DNA from: Methylocystis sp.
GTDB lineage: Bacteria > Pseudomonadota > Alphaproteobacteria > Rhizobiales > Beijerinckiaceae
NCBI RefSeq assembly: GCF_050181815.1
Contig: NZ_JBFXCV010000003.1
Strand: one strand, 5' to 3'
Length of the DNA stretch: 64,000 nt
Position numbers and translations under genes: made by a program. Positions within the stretch are counted from its first letter, which is position 1. Each line of letters begins with the position of its first letter. The notes under the pieces were generated by a model, which was given only the letters and a program-made list of their open reading frames with translations, was not told the DNA's origin and searched no databases. Positions 1 through 11,879 of this stretch are shown here, piece after piece.

Positions 1-1
1 C

Positions 2-406
2 GACCCGCAAGAACTGCTGCGCGATCTGCAGGATCGATTTCCCCGCGCGACGCTGATCGGCGCCGACGAAAATTTTGAGCGCTATGTCGCCGCGGCGGTC
101 GGCATGGTCGAGCGGCCTCAGACGCGCTTCGATCTGCCGCTCGACATGCGCGGCACGGCTTTTCAGCAGCGAGTCTGGGCCGCGTTGAGGGATATTCCGG
201 CGGGAGAGACGGCAAGCTACGCCGAGATCGCGAAGCGCATCGGCGCGCCGAAGGCGACGCGGGCGGTCGCGCGCGCCTGCGCCGCCAATCCGGTTTCGCT
301 TGCGATTCCCTGCCATCGCGTCGTGCGCAGCGACGGGGCGCTTTCCGGCTATTACTGGGGCGTCGAGCGCAAGCGCGAATTGCTAAAGCGCGAACGCAAG
401 TCCTGA
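2..406 (+). CDS. ada: Ada-type O6-methylguanine-DNA methyltransferase, 5' end outside the window
   Basis: Frame is open from base 2. It contains GTAFQQRVW, ASYAEIA, RAVARACAANP and the active-site PCHRV motif. Confidence 0.9.
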   Translation, partial: DPQELLRDLQDRFPRATLIGADENFERYVAAAVGMVERPQTRFDLPLDMRGTAFQQRVWAALRDIPAGETASYAEIAKRIGAPKATRAVARACAANPVSLAIPCHRVVRSDGALSGYYWGVERKRELLKRERKS

Positions 407-418
407 ATGAACGGGGCT

Positions 419-1033
419 CTATTTTTGAAGCGCCGCATATGCCTCATTGATTGCGTCATGCAGTTCTTTCCATAGAGGATTGATCCGCACGTCCGGCCCC
501 CAATTGTAGATCGCCTTGGCGACCTCGGCGATCGTCTCATTGATCGGTTCGCTTTCCCCTTCCTCCAATTCGAAAGAGAATAGCTTCGGCGGAGCGCCGG
601 CTGTCCACGCGTCCCAATGTTCGTTCGAATAACTGGAGACGCCGCGCTGCGCGGCGAGCAGTTCCGGCGCATATTTCGCGAAGCGCCGATGCAGCGGCCC
701 GTCTGAAGGTTCCGCGCGAAAAGCGTCGCGCACCGCGAAATAACGCACATGCTGCACTTCATGCGCGAGGCAGCAGCCAAGACGCGCGTCGCTCATATTC
801 GGGTCATAGTAGATTTCAACGCGGCCGTCGGGGAAAGACTGCCCTTCCGAAGTGAAGCTCTGGCCGAGATAGTCGAAAGTCTTCGTCTGCGGGCTGAGGG
901 TCACTTTGCCGGCATCATAGCCGAAATCCCGCGCCAGCGTTTCAAGCGTTTGGCGCTTCTTCAAGAATTGCGGCGAGTCCGAAAGGTCGCCCCAATCCCT
1001 CGGCTCATCTCGCGCTGTCGAACGGCTCTTCAT
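419..1033 (-). CDS. Hypothetical protein with an HExxH zincin-like metallopeptidase motif (~204 aa)
   Basis: 3' part of ORF 419..1576; ATG at 1033 chosen as start. Contains CCLAHEVQH, a downstream VSSYS and NETIAE (possible third Zn ligand). Confidence 0.6.
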   Translation of the reverse strand: MKSRSTARDEPRDWGDLSDSPQFLKKRQTLETLARDFGYDAGKVTLSPQTKTFDYLGQSFTSEGQSFPDGRVEIYYDPNMSDARLGCCLAHEVQHVRYFAVRDAFRAEPSDGPLHRRFAKYAPELLAAQRGVSSYSNEHWDAWTAGAPPKLFSFELEEGESEPINETIAEVAKAIYNWGPDVRINPLWKELHDAINEAYAALQK

Positions 1034-1481
1034 GCGTAATGACCCAATCGAACTCCGGATGAGCGTCGGCGACATGCTCCCACCATCGCCGCCCGTCCGG
1101 CAAGCGCGGCGAGAGATCATTGACCCTGAGCCGGCGGAAAACATCCGGCCACGCCTTCGCCCCGGCGATGACCGCTTCGACCATGGCGCGCCCCAGGCCG
1201 GGCTGCAGCGAGTTGATCTGCTCGAATACGAGAGAGGGCGGCTCATAGGCGCCGGCGAGCAGAAGCGCGATTCCCGACGCCTGCGTTCCGTCGGGCGTGG
1301 TGATGAGTTTCGGCGAGGTCGAGGCTTTGATTTCGAAAAAGCTGCGCCCGTAGGACCGCGAATCGACGTAAAGGCCAAGCGAAGCGAGATTGCCGGCGAT
1401 CGCTTCGGCGATCGCCTGCATCGCCGGATCGGCGGGTTGGGCCGGCGCTTTCTTGAACCGCCAAGCTTCCCAGAACGCCAT
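1005..1481 (-). CDS. Hypothetical protein (~158 aa), possible GNAT-like fold
   Basis: 3' part of ORF 1005..1835 from ATG 1481 (MAFWEAW), preceded by GGGAG. Normal amino-acid composition; QPGLGRAMV resembles an acetyl-CoA-binding motif A. Overlaps the next gene by 29 nt. Confidence 0.55.
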   Translation of the reverse strand: MAFWEAWRFKKAPAQPADPAMQAIAEAIAGNLASLGLYVDSRSYGRSFFEIKASTSPKLITTPDGTQASGIALLLAGAYEPPSLVFEQINSLQPGLGRAMVEAVIAGAKAWPDVFRRLRVNDLSPRLPDGRRWWEHVADAHPEFDWVITHEEPFDSAR

Positions 1482-1556
1482 AGAGAACTCCCAAACGGGC
1501 GGTGGAAACAGGGCCGCCTGCCGTGCCCTTCCCGCCGTTCCATGCGATAAAGAGCC

Positions 1557-2726
1557 ATGGCGACACCGATTCGCAACGCTTTCGACCCAGGCTTCGGCGT
1601 TTATGTCCACTGGCCGTTTTGCTTGTCGAAATGCCCCTATTGCGATTTCAACAGCCACGTCCGGCGCGGCGACGTCGACGAGGACCGATTCGTCGAGGCC
1701 TTCAGCGTCGAGCTCGCGCATCGCGCGGCGCTGACGCGCGGGCGCGAAGTCCGCTCGATTTTCTTTGGCGGCGGCACGCCGTCGCTGATGTCGCCGTCGA
1801 CGGCACAAGCGATTCTTACCCGGATTTCGAGCCATTGGAGCCTTGCCAAGGACTGCGAGATCACGCTCGAAGCCAATCCGACCAGCGTCGAGGCCTCGCG
1901 CTTCAGGGGGTTCAAGGCGGCCGGCGTCAATCGCGTCTCGCTCGGCGTGCAGGCGCTAAACGACATCGATCTTCGCGCGCTCGGGCGCCAACATTCGGTC
2001 GCCGAGGCGCTGATGGCGCTCGATGTCGCCAATTCGGTCTTCGAACGCACATCTTTTGATCTGATCTACGGCCGCTCCGGCCAGACGCCAGCCGGCTGGC
2101 GAAAGGAACTGGAGCTGGCGCTCGCCCGCGCGCCGGAACATGTCTCGCTCTACCAGCTGACGATCGAACCCGACACGATGTTCGAGCGCATGGTCAATAC
2201 CGGCAAGATGGCGCTGCCCGACGCCGAGGTTCAGCGCGCGCTCTGGGACGTGACCCAGGAAGTCACCGCCCGCGCCGGCCTGCCCGCCTACGAAGTCTCC
2301 AATCACGCGCGGCCGGGCGCCGAGTGCCGGCACAATCTGGTCTATTGGCGCTATGGCGAATATGTCGGCGTCGGCCCCGGCGCCCATGGGCGGGTGGTCA
2401 CCCCGCGCGGACGGCGCGCTCAGGCCGCCGAGCGGCATCCCGAAATGTGGCTTACCTGCGTCGAGACCGAAGGCCACGGCCTCATCGAGGACGAGCTGCT
2501 CTCGACCGAGCAGGAAGGCGACGAATTCCTGCTGATGGGGCTGCGGCTGCGCGAGGGCGTCGATCCGCAGCGCTATTTCCTCTTGACCGGCAAGCGCCTG
2601 TCGCAATCACGCATCAGCGAACTCATCGGCGACGGGCTCGTCGAATTCACCCGCGAGAACCGGCTGCGCGTCAGCTCGGAAGGCTTCCCGGTGCTCGACG
2701 CGGTGGTCGCCGATCTCGCGGCGTAG
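1557..2726 (+). CDS. hemW: Radical SAM heme chaperone HemW
   Basis: YVHWPFCLSKCPYCDF (CxxxCxxC), GGGTPS, EANP and the HNLVYW signature. Confidence 0.93.
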   Translation: MATPIRNAFDPGFGVYVHWPFCLSKCPYCDFNSHVRRGDVDEDRFVEAFSVELAHRAALTRGREVRSIFFGGGTPSLMSPSTAQAILTRISSHWSLAKDCEITLEANPTSVEASRFRGFKAAGVNRVSLGVQALNDIDLRALGRQHSVAEALMALDVANSVFERTSFDLIYGRSGQTPAGWRKELELALARAPEHVSLYQLTIEPDTMFERMVNTGKMALPDAEVQRALWDVTQEVTARAGLPAYEVSNHARPGAECRHNLVYWRYGEYVGVGPGAHGRVVTPRGRRAQAAERHPEMWLTCVETEGHGLIEDELLSTEQEGDEFLLMGLRLREGVDPQRYFLLTGKRLSQSRISELIGDGLVEFTRENRLRVSSEGFPVLDAVVADLAA

Positions 2727-2807
2727 GCCGCTGCAGAGATTGACGATCAGAAGCCGCGACCGGCGCCGCCGCGAGGAGACGGCGCCAGCTGAGCGTTCAA
2801 GCGGAAC

Positions 2808-3581
2808 TTAGCGCTGGTACAATTTCTCCAGCGTGTCGGCGCCGAGGAGTTCGCCCATGCGGCCAAGGATCAGCAGCGCGACTCCGAATGTCGCCAGCGA
2901 CATCCAGCCGAAAAAGACGAAGCCCCAATGAAGCGGGCCGGCAAAGCCTTCGTCCATCGACCAGAACGTATGGCCCCATTCATTGAATCCCACATTCGGG
3001 ATGGTCATGAAGACGCCGACGACAAGCACCACGAAGGCAAGCGAATAGCCCTTGGCGAAAATCGGCAGGCGTGTCTTGGCATAGAGGAACGCGCCGAGCC
3101 CGATGATCGCGAAGAGCGGATAAGAAATATAGAAGGTGATGATATTGCTCGGCGTGAAATCCGTGTCGCGCACGGCGGTCATGTGCCAGACCGCCGTCTG
3201 CTCCGTAAAGAAGCTTAAGCCCCAATAGAGGGCGAGTGAAAAAACCACCAGCCACTGAACCAGATAAATCAGCCGGCGCATTTCGGTTGAGGCGGCGAGG
3301 CTCGCCAGATCGCGGTCGCGCGTGCGCCACAAAAAGCCGACGACGCCGACCGCGCCCAAGCATGACGCGAGAATCGCGAATTGCAGCAGGCTCATCCAAT
3401 AGAACTGGTATTCCGGCGAGAATGAATCGAGGCCGACGCTCCAGGCGAAAATTTGTTCATAGAGGCGGAGGATGGCCACGAAGAGCGTCAACGCCGCAAC
3501 CCCGATGAGAAGGGGCTTCATATCTAGAATTCGTTCGGCGCCCACGGCGGCGGAACGGACTTCAGCTTTTGTCGTGCTCAT
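2808..3581 (-). CDS. pmoC: Stand-alone particulate methane/ammonia monooxygenase subunit C paralog with a degenerate CuC site
   Basis: GLDSFSPEY, FTEQ..WH..VRDTDFTPS, YAKTRLP and PNVGFNEWGHTFW..PLHWGFV are diagnostic PmoC/AmoC blocks. GGAG ribosome-binding site precedes ATG 3581. No pmoA or pmoB is adjacent. Confidence 0.92.
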   Translation of the reverse strand: MSTTKAEVRSAAVGAERILDMKPLLIGVAALTLFVAILRLYEQIFAWSVGLDSFSPEYQFYWMSLLQFAILASCLGAVGVVGFLWRTRDRDLASLAASTEMRRLIYLVQWLVVFSLALYWGLSFFTEQTAVWHMTAVRDTDFTPSNIITFYISYPLFAIIGLGAFLYAKTRLPIFAKGYSLAFVVLVVGVFMTIPNVGFNEWGHTFWSMDEGFAGPLHWGFVFFGWMSLATFGVALLILGRMGELLGADTLEKLYQR

Positions 3582-3778
3582 GATTGTCTCCAAAGGTGTG
3601 GCTGTCGGGGGCTTTGGCGCCCTCCTCAAAGGTCTGATGCGCGCGAGATCGAAAGCTGCATCGATGGCGGCGGCCGACTGGGCGGAAAGGTTTGACGACT
3701 TTCTCGCGCGCGCATCTTTCGTCCGCATCGCCGTCGAAGTGGCGGCGGAAGCGCACAGAATCATCCGCGAGAAAAACC

Positions 3779-4168
3779 TCAGCCTCGCTGAGGAGGAGCC
3801 CTTGGAGACTGGGGCGCGCGACTTGGTTCGATCCGCGACGCAGGAGCGAACGTCTTCAGCCGAGGCGATTCGGCTTCGGAAGGGAAAGCAACGGCGTTTG
3901 AAACGACGGGTCTTAACGGCGGCGCAGCCAACGCGCCGTCATGCAGGATGCAGCAGAACCCCTGGCAATGACGGTTGTGGTGGGGGACAAGCGGCGTCGC
4001 GCCGCCGGTCACATCGACTTGCGGCGCGCAAACTGCGCTGAAGGCGACGCCATCTCCATGCGCCGCGACTTGCGTCGCCGCGATCGTCGTCTGCATGAGA
4101 AACATGCAGGCGACGATCGCCGCGAACAAGCGCGCGCGCAGACAGATGCGCTGAAAGATTGGAGCCAC
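3779..4168 (-). CDS. DUF2946/CutF/CruR-like exported leader protein with a Cys/His motif and C-terminal RAPP arrest motif
   Basis: GTG start after GAGG. Signal-peptide-like N-terminus, HHNRHCQGFCCILH, and a Pro-rich tail ending PQSPRAPPQRG (RAPP codons 3791-3802). Confidence 0.75.
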   Translation of the reverse strand: MAPIFQRICLRARLFAAIVACMFLMQTTIAATQVAAHGDGVAFSAVCAPQVDVTGGATPLVPHHNRHCQGFCCILHDGALAAPPLRPVVSNAVAFPSEAESPRLKTFAPASRIEPSRAPQSPRAPPQRG

Positions 4169-4626
4169 CGCCGCCTCTGGGTTCCAAAGCCAATGTTAGG
4201 TTTCGATCTCTTGCGCGGTCAAGCAAACCGTTGATGCGACGCCGTGCGACGAAACGACGCTTTAAAAATTGATGCGCGACAAGAAGAAAAGCGACGCGCC
4301 TGTTTTCACATTCGGTTTCGAATTTCGCCCATGACCTGATCGCAATTTCGAAAAAAAATTCCGTTCTTCGAATGGACCGACGCGTCGAGGGGCTTCCAAA
4401 GAAAGTTAATCGCTCTCGGCGGCGCGACCTTCGAACGCGTCATCGTCATTCTCGAACAATTTGGAATCGGCTTGCCGAGACGACGCACTGTCACAAATGC
4501 TACTCTTCGCCGACGAAATGGGATGGCGACGCAGAATGCCCCTGACGGCCGGTTGGAGCTTGGAAGCGATAGGATACTGACCATGCGCCATGATCGACGC
4601 GCGGCGCGGCGTTTGAGTTGAAACCC

Positions 4627-7476
<2,850 letters not shown>

Positions 7477-7503
7477 GTGACGCTCAGCGTGCTGCGCGGA
7501 ACG

Positions 7504-8586
7504 TCACCCAGCCTGCCCACGATGGCGCAAAAAATGATCCGCGAGCACGCAAGCCATCATCGCTTCGCCGACCGGAACCGCGCGAATGCCGACGCAAGGA
7601 TCGTGACGGCCTTTTGTCACGATCTCGGTCTCCTTGCCGAAGCGATCGATCGTGCGGCGCGGCGTCAGAATCGACGACGTGGGTTTCACCGCGAAACGCA
7701 CGACCACCGGCTGGCCGGTCGAAATGCCGCCGAGCACGCCGCCGGCGTTGTTCGACAGAAACGTCGGTCCATCTTTTCCGGCGCGCATTTCGTCGGCGTT
7801 TTCTTCGCCGGTGAGCGCGGCGGCGCCAAAGCCCGCGCCGATCTCGACGCCCTTCACGGCATTGATCGACATCATCGCCGCGGCGAGATCGGCGTCGAGC
7901 TTGCCGTAGACCGGCGCGCCCCAGCCGACCGGCACGCCCTCCGCGACGATTTCGATCACCGCGCCGATCGAGGAGCCGTCCTTGCGCACGTCATCGAGAT
8001 AATCCGCCCATAATTGCGCCGTGCGCGCGTCGGGGCAAAACAGCGGATTGCGTTCAACCTCCGCCCAGTCGAAATGCGCGCGGTCGATTTGGTGCGGACC
8101 GACTTGCACCAGCGCGCCACGAATCGTCACGCCGGCGATTACCTTTCGCGCGACGGCGCCGGCGGCGACCCGCGCCGCGGTTTCACGCGCCGAGGAACGG
8201 CCGCCGCCGCGATGATCGCGCACGCCATATTTCGCGTCGTAGACATAGTCGGCGTGGCCGGGACGATATTTGTCGGCGATCTCGCCATAGTCTTTCGAGC
8301 GCTGGTCGGTATTTTCGATCATGAGCGCGATCGGCGTTCCGGTCGTCACCTGTCGGCCGTCGCCGTCGGCGAAAACGCCGGAAAGAATCTTGACCTCATC
8401 CGCTTCCCGCCGCTGCGTGGTGAAGCGCGACTGTCCCGGCTTGCGCTTGTCGAGAAAGACCTGGATGTCCTTCGCCTCGAGCGGAATTTTCGGCGGACAG
8501 CCGTCGACGATCGCGCCGAGCGCCGGCCCATGGCTCTCGCCGAAGGTGGTGACGCGGAAAAGATGGCCGAAACTATTGTGGGACAT
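7504..8586 (-). CDS. aroC: Chorismate synthase
   Basis: [22 protein letters not shown] and RHDPCV motifs. Confidence 0.97.
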   Translation of the reverse strand: MSHNSFGHLFRVTTFGESHGPALGAIVDGCPPKIPLEAKDIQVFLDKRKPGQSRFTTQRREADEVKILSGVFADGDGRQVTTGTPIALMIENTDQRSKDYGEIADKYRPGHADYVYDAKYGVRDHRGGGRSSARETAARVAAGAVARKVIAGVTIRGALVQVGPHQIDRAHFDWAEVERNPLFCPDARTAQLWADYLDDVRKDGSSIGAVIEIVAEGVPVGWGAPVYGKLDADLAAAMMSINAVKGVEIGAGFGAAALTGEENADEMRAGKDGPTFLSNNAGGVLGGISTGQPVVVRFAVKPTSSILTPRRTIDRFGKETEIVTKGRHDPCVGIRAVPVGEAMMACVLADHFLRHRGQAG

Positions 8587-8694
8587 GCGGGTCTTCTAGG
8601 CCCCGCGCCGGCGCCGGTCAAACAGCGGGGGGCGGGCGCGCAAGTCCAGCGCGCGAGTCATGACGCGGCGCGCGCGCGCCGTTAAGATAGGCGC

Positions 8695-11600
8695 ATGACC
8701 CTTTCCCATAAGCCCGTCGGCCCCGGCAGCCATGTCTTCCTCGTCGACGGCTCCTCTTTCGTCTTTCGCGCCTATTTCCAGTCGATCCGACAGGATGCGA
8801 AATATAATTATCGCTCCGACCGGCTGCCGACCGGAGCCGTGCGGCTGTTCTGCACCAAGATCTTGCAGTTCGTGCGCGAGGGCGCCGCGGGCGCAAAGCC
8901 GACGCATCTCGCGATCATCTTCGACAAGAGCGAGCATTCGTTCCGCAAGGAGATTTATCCGGACTATAAGGCGCATCGCGCCGAGCCGCCGGAAGACCTC
9001 ATTCCGCAATTTCCGCTGATGCGCGCTGCGGTGCGGGCTTTCGGCCTCACCCCGATCGAACAGGACGTCTACGAGGCCGACGATCTCATCGCCACTTACG
9101 CCATGCAGGCGAAGGCCAAGGGCGCCGACGTTCTGATCGTTTCGGCCGACAAGGATCTGATGCAGCTCGTCGGGCCGGGCGTGACAATGTACGACCCGGC
9201 TTCCGGAACCGCCGGCGCGAAAGGCGCGCGTGAAGAGCGCCTGATCGGCGAAGCCGAGGTCGTCGATTATTTCGGAGTCACGCCGGACAAGGTCGTCGAC
9301 GTGCAAGCGCTCGCCGGCGATTCGACCGACAATGTGCCGGGCGCGAAGGGCATCGGCATAAAGACCGCCGCACAACTCATCAACGAATATGGCGACCTCG
9401 ATACGCTGCTCGCCAAGGCGTCCGGCATCAAACAGCCCAAGCGCCGCGAGGCGTTGACCGAACCCGAAGCGGTCGCGCGCATCCGTCTCTCCGAAAAGCT
9501 CGTGACGCTGGTGCGCGACGCGCCTCTTGAGACGCCGCTCGAAGATTTGGGCCTGCACGAACCGGACGCCAAGACGCTCGTCGCCTTTCTGCAGGCGATG
9601 GAGTTCACCACGATCACGCGCCGTGTCGCCGAGCTTTACGGCGTCGATATTCACGACGTTGCGCCGGACCCGAATTTCATCGGCCCCGCCGGCTGGCGCG
9701 CGCGCGACGGCGAAGTGCGCAGTGATGCGCCGGCTGCGCCGCCAGCCGCTGAACTCTCGAAGTCCGCGACGCAGACCGGCGGCCCGAACGCGCAGGAAGG
9801 CTCCACCCCCGCGGGCCTCGTCGCCGCGCGCCGCGCCGAGGCGCAAGCGACAAACATCGATCGCGCCGCTTACGAATGCGTGACCTCGCTTGAACGCCTC
9901 GATCAATGGATCGCCGATGCGACGAACGCCGGCATTGTCGCGCTCGACACCGAAACAACCTCGCTCGATCCGATGAGCTGCGACCTTGTCGGCATCTCGC
10001 TCGCCGTCGCGCCGGGGCGCGCCTGCTACATTCCGCTCGGGCATCGCGAGAATGGCTCCGGCGATCTCTTTGGCGGCGCCGAACTCCTTCCCGGCCAGAT
10101 TCCGCTCGGTAAAGCGATCGAGAAACTGAAGCCTCTGTTCGAAGATTCGTCCATCCTCAAGATCGCGCACAATATGAAATATGATCTGCTCGTTCTCGCG
10201 CGTTACGGAATCGACGTGGCGCCGATCGAAGATACGATGCTGATCTCCTATGCGCTCGATTCAGGCCTCAATAATCACGGGCTCGATGAGCTGGCGCTCA
10301 AGCATCTGCGACATGAGAACATCAAATTCGCCGCGGTCGCTGGCTCGGGACGCAATTTCATCGGCTTCGCCCGCGTCGCGCTCGACAGAGCGACGGAATA
10401 CGCCGCCGAAGACGCTGACGTGTCGTTACGCTTGTGGCGCGCGCTGAAGCCGCGGCTTGCCGCCGAGCATATGACCAATGTTTACGAGTCGCTGGAACGG
10501 CCGATGGTGGCGACTCTCGCCCGTATGGAACGGCGAGGCGTCAGCGTCGACCGCGCGATCCTGTCGCGCCTTTCCGGAGAATTCGCGCAGGACATGGCGC
10601 GTCTCGAAGCCGAAATCTTCGATCTCGCCGGCGAGAGCTTCAATCTCGGCTCGCCCAAACAATTGGGCGACATTCTCTTCGGCAAGATGGGACTGCCGGG
10701 CGCGAAAAAAACTGCCACCGGCGCCTGGTCGACGTCCGCGAGCGTGCTCGAGGACTTGGCCAGCGACGGCAATGATTTCGCGCGCCGCATTCTCGACTGG
10801 CGCCAGGTCTCCAAGCTCAAAAGCACCTACGCCGACGCCCTGCCGGGCTATATCAATCCCGAGACCGGGCGCGTCCACACAAGCTATGCGCTCGCCGCGA
10901 CGACCACGGCGCGGCTTTCTTCATCGGAGCCGAATCTGCAGAACATTCCGGTGCGCAACGAAGCCGGCCGCAAGATTCGAAAGGCCTTTATCTCGCCGCC
11001 CGGCCGTGTGTTGATCTCGGCGGATTATTCGCAGATCGAGCTGCGGTTGCTCGCCCATATCGCCGACATTCCGCAATTGAAGAAAGCCTTCGCCGACGAC
11101 CTGGACATTCACGCGATGACGGCGAGCGAAATGTTCAATGTGCCGATCAAGGACATGCCGCCTGAAACGCGCCGCCGCGCCAAGGCGATCAACTTCGGCA
11201 TCATCTACGGCATTTCCGCCTTCGGACTCGCCAATCAGCTCGGCATTCCGCGCGAAGAGGCCGGCGCCTATATCAAGCGCTATTTCGAACGCTTTCCCGG
11301 CATTCGCGACTATATGGATTCGACGCGAAAAACCGTGCGCGAGAAGGGCGAAGTCTCGACGATTTTCGGCCGCGTCTATCATTTCCCGGGCATCGCCTCG
11401 GCCAACGCCTCTGACCGCGCGTTCTATGAGCGCGCCGCGATCAATGCGCCGATCCAGGGCGCCGCCGCCGACATCATTCGCCGCGCGATGGTCCGAATGG
11501 ATGACGCGCTGGCGCGCGCCGGTCTATCGGCGCAGATGCTTCTGCAAGTGCATGACGAACTTGTCTTCGAAGCGCCGACGCATGAAGCCGAGGCGACGAT

Positions 11601-11709
11601 TGAATTGGCGCGCCGCGTGATGGAGCAGGCGCCGGCGCCCGCCGTCCATCTCTCTGTGCCGCTGAAGGTCGATGCGCGCGCCGCCGCCAATTGGGACGAG
11701 GCGCACTGA
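8695..11709 (+). CDS. polA: DNA polymerase I
   Basis: 5'-3' exonuclease (LVDGSS, YEADD, LAGDSTDN), 3'-5' exonuclease (ALDTET), and polymerase motifs ADYSQIELR, KAINFGIIYG, QVHDEL. Confidence 0.98.
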   Translation: MTLSHKPVGPGSHVFLVDGSSFVFRAYFQSIRQDAKYNYRSDRLPTGAVRLFCTKILQFVREGAAGAKPTHLAIIFDKSEHSFRKEIYPDYKAHRAEPPEDLIPQFPLMRAAVRAFGLTPIEQDVYEADDLIATYAMQAKAKGADVLIVSADKDLMQLVGPGVTMYDPASGTAGAKGAREERLIGEAEVVDYFGVTPDKVVDVQALAGDSTDNVPGAKGIGIKTAAQLINEYGDLDTLLAKASGIKQPKRREALTEPEAVARIRLSEKLVTLVRDAPLETPLEDLGLHEPDAKTLVAFLQAMEFTTITRRVAELYGVDIHDVAPDPNFIGPAGWRARDGEVRSDAPAAPPAAELSKSATQTGGPNAQEGSTPAGLVAARRAEAQATNIDRAAYECVTSLERLDQWIADATNAGIVALDTETTSLDPMSCDLVGISLAVAPGRACYIPLGHRENGSGDLFGGAELLPGQIPLGKAIEKLKPLFEDSSILKIAHNMKYDLLVLARYGIDVAPIEDTMLISYALDSGLNNHGLDELALKHLRHENIKFAAVAGSGRNFIGFARVALDRATEYAAEDADVSLRLWRALKPRLAAEHMTNVYESLERPMVATLARMERRGVSVDRAILSRLSGEFAQDMARLEAEIFDLAGESFNLGSPKQLGDILFGKMGLPGAKKTATGAWSTSASVLEDLASDGNDFARRILDWRQVSKLKSTYADALPGYINPETGRVHTSYALAATTTARLSSSEPNLQNIPVRNEAGRKIRKAFISPPGRVLISADYSQIELRLLAHIADIPQLKKAFADDLDIHAMTASEMFNVPIKDMPPETRRRAKAINFGIIYGISAFGLANQLGIPREEAGAYIKRYFERFPGIRDYMDSTRKTVREKGEVSTIFGRVYHFPGIASANASDRAFYERAAINAPIQGAAADIIRRAMVRMDDALARAGLSAQMLLQVHDELVFEAPTHEAEATIELARRVMEQAPAPAVHLSVPLKVDARAAANWDEAH

Positions 11710-11743
11710 CGGCGCATACGATTTCCGTCTGAAGCGGTTGGGA

Positions 11744-11847
11744 GTCATTCTCGACGCGCGAAGCGCGATCGGGAATCCAGAGCAAAGCCAGCGCTCTCGG
11801 ATCGGCCCTGTCATTCCCGGTCAGGCGTGCGGCCGGCCGGGAATGAC
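11744..11847. repeat. Composite palindromic intergenic repeat (family A; two hairpins plus spacer)
   Basis: GTCATTCTCGAC..GATCGGGAATCCAG, a spacer, then GTCATTCCCGG..CCGGGAATGAC. Aligns along its length with 39087-39192. Lies between convergent polA and cysN. Confidence 0.7.
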
Positions 11848-11879
11848 GGGCCCAGCAAGCACATCAAACCCAGTTCTTA

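Noticed and set aside
4317-4435. Four TTCGAA hexamers spaced 30, 20 and 63 nt
   Set aside because: TCGA-containing words are very common throughout this window, so there is not enough evidence for an operator array.
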